Below, piece by piece: positions 36,102-40,227 of a DNA stretch of 40,227 bases (the stretch's first letter is position 1; every line of letters starts with the position of its first letter). The stretch lies in the IMG/VR virus record IMGVR_UViG_3300042356_000517, positions 1 to 40,227 of that record. One strand, written 5' to 3'. The notes under the pieces were generated by a model, which did no database searches, was not told where the DNA came from, and saw only the letters and a list, made by a program, of their open reading frames with translations. Both the position numbers and the translations under genes were made by a program. This DNA is from a virus (lineage: Duplodnaviria > Caudoviricetes).

Positions 36102-36415
36102 TCGAATACGACCAATTACCAACATCAGTCGGTGGCCGCATTGACTGGAAGACATATTTCAAATCGGTCGCCAAGCTCGGGGATCAATTTGTTGTCCAGA
36201 AATCGATGCGCTCAGGAATTCAGCGTCAGGCAGCCGAAAATGGCTATTCGGCTAAATCGACTGCCGCAGGACATGGGCAGATCTGCATTACTGTTTGCGA
36301 GCTAGACTCGGTATCGCACCTGATTCTAGAATCGCTTGGCACGTTAAGCGAAAAGCACTTGATCCAAATCCACAAAGGCTGCGTGCAAGCACGGATCCTC
36401 GCACCCCTTTTCTAA
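36098..36415 (+). CDS. Hypothetical protein, possibly DNA-binding
   Basis: Start inferred at MIEYDQ; W...LGDQFVV...AAENGY pattern. Confidence 0.65.
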   Translation: MIEYDQLPTSVGGRIDWKTYFKSVAKLGDQFVVQKSMRSGIQRQAAENGYSAKSTAAGHGQICITVCELDSVSHLILESLGTLSEKHLIQIHKGCVQARILAPLF

Positions 36416-36468
36416 CCACTTTCCGGTCACAGTGACCCGAATACAACGAATACAACGAACACAACGAT

Positions 36469-37212
36469 ATGAAATTAAGCGAAAGAAAACAAGGCGGCGA
36501 ATTTACACCGCATCCAGAAACCGATGGAACTGTAAAAGCAGTGATCGTCGATCTCACACCACTCAAGACCCGCACTACCAAGTTCGGCGAGCGCGAGGAA
36601 TTCCGATTGGTGTACGAAACCGAGGTTACCAACGACGATGGTCGTCGATTCTGCGTCTGGTCCCGTGGCTACACGCCATCTCTTAACGAGAAGGCATCGT
36701 TCCGAAAAGACCTCAAGAAGATCATGGGCCGCGACCTGACGGCACTTGAGCTGCAAGAGTTCGACACCGAGGGTCTCATCGGAACTCCAGTCAGTCTGAT
36801 CATCCAGCACGAGAAGATCGAGACCGGTGCTGTTTATGCGACGATTTCATTCGTCGGTCCGCACAAGTCGGGTGATCCAATCGCTGCCAGCGGAGCGTAC
36901 AAGCGGGTCAAAGACCGCGATGCACAACCTGCCGCCACCGGCGAGCAAGCAGGCTACAAGAAGGCACCTGCGGCCAAGGAAGACGAAGGCCGGGTTGACT
37001 GGCAGAAGGTGAAGGTCCACGTCGGAGCCCATTCGGGTGTTGACCTTGGTGACCTTGCTGAGGATGCAGTCAAAGCACTGGTAGAAAAATGGTTGCCTGT
37101 CGGGGTGGCAATGCCAAAACCGCTCAAAGCCGATCGCCAGTTGATCGCAGCATTGCAAGAGGTGAAGGAATACATCGACTCCGAGCCACCGGCACCAGTC
37201 GCCGACTACTGA
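36469..37212 (+). CDS. Putative single-stranded DNA-binding / replication protein
   Basis: YTPSLNEKASFRKDL...LIGTPVSLIIQH OB-like N-terminus and C-terminal ADY tail, in the replication operon. Confidence 0.65.
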   Translation: MKLSERKQGGEFTPHPETDGTVKAVIVDLTPLKTRTTKFGEREEFRLVYETEVTNDDGRRFCVWSRGYTPSLNEKASFRKDLKKIMGRDLTALELQEFDTEGLIGTPVSLIIQHEKIETGAVYATISFVGPHKSGDPIAASGAYKRVKDRDAQPAATGEQAGYKKAPAAKEDEGRVDWQKVKVHVGAHSGVDLGDLAEDAVKALVEKWLPVGVAMPKPLKADRQLIAALQEVKEYIDSEPPAPVADY

Positions 37213-37216
37213 TTAA

Positions 37217-37269
37217 GTCGAGTGAAACGGTGATCACAACTAGCACCGTGACAGCCCGGAGAGACGGGC
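37217..37269 (+). ncRNA. Structured element ending in GTGAC plus a GAGAGA-loop hairpin (copy 2)
   Basis: GTC...ACGGTG...CACCGT-GAC-A-GCCCG-GAGAGA-CGGGC, intergenic. Confidence 0.5.
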
Positions 37270-37284
37270 AACCCAATCACTCCA

Positions 37285-37749
37285 ATGACCCTATCAGAAA
37301 AAATTGCTGCCAAAAAGGCAGCCGTTAAACCAACCATCAAGGAATCCTTGCCAGTTGCAATTGACCAAGAAGCCGAGGACGCGATCCAGCGGATTACACA
37401 GCCGGGAAAGCACCGTGGGCTGGTGATCACTCCGACCACGGCACCACAACGCCCGGACGTATCCCAGCCGGTGGAGGTTCTGTGGGAACCAGAAAACCGC
37501 ACACTTGGCAGCAACGCCGGGGAAGGGGTACCAATGGTGCCAGCAAACCCATCAGCGGCGATCGAAACGTGGCACCACATCGTCAACTCGCTGGCGAGTT
37601 ACCTGTGCATCATGTCGGATCCGCAGGACCCAGAGGTGGCATGGCTAGCGATCCGCGCTCGGGGGCAGGAGCAATTCCCGATCCTGATCCAGAGGTTTGC
37701 GTATTGGGAGCACCCGAACACGGTTCGTCCACCGGCGCACCCGTTCTGA
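37285..37749 (+). CDS. Hypothetical protein
   Basis: 154-aa ORF in the operon. Confidence 0.7.
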   Translation: MTLSEKIAAKKAAVKPTIKESLPVAIDQEAEDAIQRITQPGKHRGLVITPTTAPQRPDVSQPVEVLWEPENRTLGSNAGEGVPMVPANPSAAIETWHHIVNSLASYLCIMSDPQDPEVAWLAIRARGQEQFPILIQRFAYWEHPNTVRPPAHPF

Positions 37750-37763
37750 GCATCCGCGAGAAG

Positions 37764-37916
37764 ATGGCGGCTGAAGCCAAGGCAAAGCGCAACAAGCCAT
37801 GTCCAGATGGACTGTGCGACGTTTGCTACCGTACAGCCTGCCGCCTGTTAAACATCGGCCAATGCATCTGCACTGGTCACATTGATCCCACCAACAAAAC
37901 CAAATTTATCCAATGA
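37764..37916 (+). CDS. Small Cys-rich protein
   Basis: CPDGLCDVC...C...CICTGH; ATGA-coupled to the next gene; start uncertain. Confidence 0.5.
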   Translation: MAAEAKAKRNKPCPDGLCDVCYRTACRLLNIGQCICTGHIDPTNKTKFIQ

Positions 37917-38659
37917 CAAACGAAACCGCACTAATACTGTCGGGCGAAGGATATTCGCTCACCATCACACCGCAGGCCGAGGAACAAAAGCGCAACCTGC
38001 TGGTCGCATCAGCTCATGTCAACTCGGTCACCAACAACGACGAATCAGCCGACGCTGCGTACCACATGAGATCGCTGGCGCAGATGAGGATCCTCGTCGA
38101 TAAGAGCCGCAAAGAGATAAAGGAACCGGTCATCCGCATCGGCAAGCTGATCGATGCGACGGCGAAGAACTTCCTCGCTGAGATCGAGGATGAGGAGGCG
38201 CGGATCAAGCGACTGGTGGGCGACCATGCGGAGGCGGTGGCGGTGCTCCAGCAGGAGCGTGAGGCAGCTGAGCGGGCGGCATTTGAGTATGCGCACAAGG
38301 CGCGTGAGGCTGCGGAAACCGCACAGGATGCCGCTGAATCGACCGGCAAGATGTCCGACATTGTCGCTGCAAAGCAGGCCGAGCAAGAGCGTCAGGACAC
38401 GCTGGCAGCTCGAATGGAGGCATCCAATGACCTCGCTTCTACTAAGATCGCCCAAGGCGTGCGATTTGCATGGGATTTCGAGGTTTGCAGCATAAAAACA
38501 CTGCATTATGTGACAGAAGGTTTGACTGAAGTTACGGTTAAACGATCAGCAATTCTAGAACATTTCAAAAAGCTCGAATCATTAAATCTCAACGTAGCAA
38601 CATGGGCCGAAACAGTCGGTCTCCGCGCCTTCAAAAAACCAATCATCTCCACCAAATGA
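37913..38659 (+). CDS. Coiled-coil protein (Gam/DUF1351-like)
   Basis: VDKSRKEIKEPVIRIGKLIDA followed by a long Ala/Glu helix. Confidence 0.65.
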   Translation: MTNETALILSGEGYSLTITPQAEEQKRNLLVASAHVNSVTNNDESADAAYHMRSLAQMRILVDKSRKEIKEPVIRIGKLIDATAKNFLAEIEDEEARIKRLVGDHAEAVAVLQQEREAAERAAFEYAHKAREAAETAQDAAESTGKMSDIVAAKQAEQERQDTLAARMEASNDLASTKIAQGVRFAWDFEVCSIKTLHYVTEGLTEVTVKRSAILEHFKKLESLNLNVATWAETVGLRAFKKPIISTK

Positions 38660-38907
38660 ACACTCCTAGAACTTTTTTTGTGCATCCAAACGAGGAAAAA
38701 GAAACCATCGATATCGCCGTCGCCCTGCTTCGTAAATGCTACCACGTTCTGACTGGCGGCGAGATGAGAATGCTCGAGCGAATCATTGAAGAATTATGCG
38801 AAGAGAATCCCGGTCTTTCATTGAGCATTGACGAGATCAACTGGTTCCACTCGCTTCAAACTCAGTTCTCGCGGGAAATCGCACAATATCTCAATCAAGC
38901 ACAATGA
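38656..38907 (+). CDS. Hypothetical protein
   Basis: ATGA-coupled on both sides; start at MNTPRT. Confidence 0.65.
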   Translation: MNTPRTFFVHPNEEKETIDIAVALLRKCYHVLTGGEMRMLERIIEELCEENPGLSLSIDEINWFHSLQTQFSREIAQYLNQAQ

Positions 38908-39368
38908 ACGAAGACGATATCATCACTGTTTTCAACATCTTTGCCGAGGGCATCCCGAAAGCGCAACCCCGCGCCCGGGCTGTTGCTAGAGGCGGTCACG
39001 CCCGGATGTACAACCCAGATACCGCCGACGTGTGGAAGAAGGCAGTCAAGGATGCGTGCATCGTGCTTGCACGGTCATCGCTGGCCAATCCAATTGATCT
39101 GACACTGGAATTCAGAATGCCTAGACCAAAGAACCATTTCAAAGGTAACGGTGGGCTGAAGGACAATTCCCCCCAACACTTACACGCCCAGAAACCCGAT
39201 GCCGACAACCTTGCCAAAGCGGTGATGGACGCATTGTCTGACATCGATGTCTGGGAAGACGACGACCAAGTCTGCAATCTCAAGATTCGCAAACGCTGGG
39301 CAGATAAATACGCACCATCCGGGTGCCTGATCATCATCAAAACAATCAAAGAGAATCCAAACCTATGA
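38904..39368 (+). CDS. rusA: RusA-family Holliday junction resolvase
   Basis: GIPKAQPRAR...KPDADNLAKAVMDAL...WEDDDQV. Confidence 0.92.
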   Translation: MNEDDIITVFNIFAEGIPKAQPRARAVARGGHARMYNPDTADVWKKAVKDACIVLARSSLANPIDLTLEFRMPRPKNHFKGNGGLKDNSPQHLHAQKPDADNLAKAVMDALSDIDVWEDDDQVCNLKIRKRWADKYAPSGCLIIIKTIKENPNL

Positions 39369-39526
39369 AACTAAGAAACCAAATCGAAGTCATCGGACGT
39401 GATACCATCCTCACGCTCGACATTATCAACGGCCTACGCATCCGCGCTGAACGCGAAGCCAAGCGCAAGCAATTGATCCAACGGCTGACTGCATTGTTCC
39501 TATTCTGGAAAGGAGCAGTCCAATGA
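39365..39526 (+). CDS. Hypothetical protein
   Basis: MKLRNQ start, ATGA-coupled to rusA. Confidence 0.6.
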   Translation: MKLRNQIEVIGRDTILTLDIINGLRIRAEREAKRKQLIQRLTALFLFWKGAVQ

Positions 39527-39648
39527 ATTGGCCATGCACACGATGTGGCAGTCGTGATTGGCCTCGAGCCGACACGTCATGCCCACTTTGCTACAAGGAA
39601 GAAGAGATCGACATCGAAGAAACTGAAATTGAGGAGGAAGAACCATGA
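39523..39648 (+). CDS. Zn-finger micro-protein with acidic tail (41 aa, not in ORF track)
   Basis: MNWPCTRCGSRDWPRADTSCPLCYKEEEIDIEETEIEEEEP; AAGGAG upstream; coupled on both sides. Confidence 0.65.
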   Translation: MNWPCTRCGSRDWPRADTSCPLCYKEEEIDIEETEIEEEEP

Positions 39649-39827
39649 GCGCAGGAAAAGGAGACGCACGTCGTCCATACGACGCAGAGCAATACGGAGT
39701 GAATTACGACAGCATCTTTCGCCAAACGGTGAGTGATGTCTGCAACCGGGTTGATGATTGCAATTGCACCGAGGAGATCGACCCAGACCACGACAGCCAC
39801 GACGAGGAGGTTTACCGTGAAGTTTGA
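39645..39827 (+). CDS. Hypothetical protein (60 aa)
   Basis: MSAGKGD...NYDSIF; GAGGAGG upstream. Confidence 0.65.
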   Translation: MSAGKGDARRPYDAEQYGVNYDSIFRQTVSDVCNRVDDCNCTEEIDPDHDSHDEEVYREV

Positions 39828-40227
39828 TCCCGACCAAATGGTCGCCATCGGCAAGGTGAATGAAGGGCACAACGTCTTTATCACCGGCCCAGCCGGGACC
39901 GGCAAATCGTCGGTAACCGTCGAGATCATCCGACAACGTGTCGGGCATCGCTCGCTCAAGGTCTGTGCCACCACGGGGGTGGCTGCACTGAACCTGCGCG
40001 ACAAACTGAGCACCATGTTTGGGCAGGATATCAACACCAGCACCATCTACCGGTGGGCAGGCATCGGCATCGGTCCCAAGGAGCACCAGACGTTCGAGGA
40101 CTACTACAAGTACATGCAGACGCAGGGGTTGCACTGGCACGCGCTGAGTGGACGCATCAATGGCACCAGCATCCTGATCATCGACGAGGTGTCGATGTTG
40201 CCGGGCAAGATCCTCGAGTTTGTTGAC
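39817..40227 (+). CDS. Pif1-like helicase, N-terminal part (continues through the circular join to 1012)
   Basis: GAGGAGG then GTG start; NVFITGPAGTGKS Walker A; CATTGVAALNL motif Ia. Confidence 0.92.
   Translation, partial: MKFDPDQMVAIGKVNEGHNVFITGPAGTGKSSVTVEIIRQRVGHRSLKVCATTGVAALNLRDKLSTMFGQDINTSTIYRWAGIGIGPKEHQTFEDYYKYMQTQGLHWHALSGRINGTSILIIDEVSMLPGKILEFVD
40101..40227. repeat. Terminal direct repeat (identical to 1-127)
   Basis: Exact identity with the window start. Confidence 0.95.

Noticed and set aside
1-40227. Stop-codon reassignment
   Set aside because: Genes tile densely in the standard code, TAA, TGA and TAG all act as stops, and there is no suppressor tRNA.

Overview
The window is one apparently complete, circularly assembled ~40.1 kb dsDNA tailed phage genome with podovirus-type architecture. 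Bases 1-127 equal 40101-40227, and a Pif1-like helicase gene spans the join. A long minus-strand late arm (29069 to 998) encodes, in order: tail nozzle, fibre, ejection proteins with an embedded PAPS-reductase-fold gene, a 2253-aa polyvalent internal virion protein, terminase, portal, scaffold, major capsid protein, adaptor, fibres, holins and CHAP endolysin, and a metallophosphoesterase. The right arm carries small early genes, a GCTGGGG-repeat putative origin, an AEP primase-helicase, MazG, DUF3310, an SSB-like protein, RusA and Pif1. I see no DNA/RNA polymerase, integrase or CRISPR array. The most striking unexplained element is a small-RNA cluster at 29147-29497. It contains an initiator-like tRNA(CAU) with a non-canonical anticodon stem and a 45-nt CCA-ended mini-tRNA, each followed by a covarying three-way-junction pseudoknot. 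It also holds a further structured motif that recurs at 37217. Other highlights are an out-of-frame gene nested in the giant protein, NRLPE domain-boundary repeats in that protein, and a PP-loop enzyme inside the ejectosome operon. All product calls come from motif recognition by eye, not from database searches.
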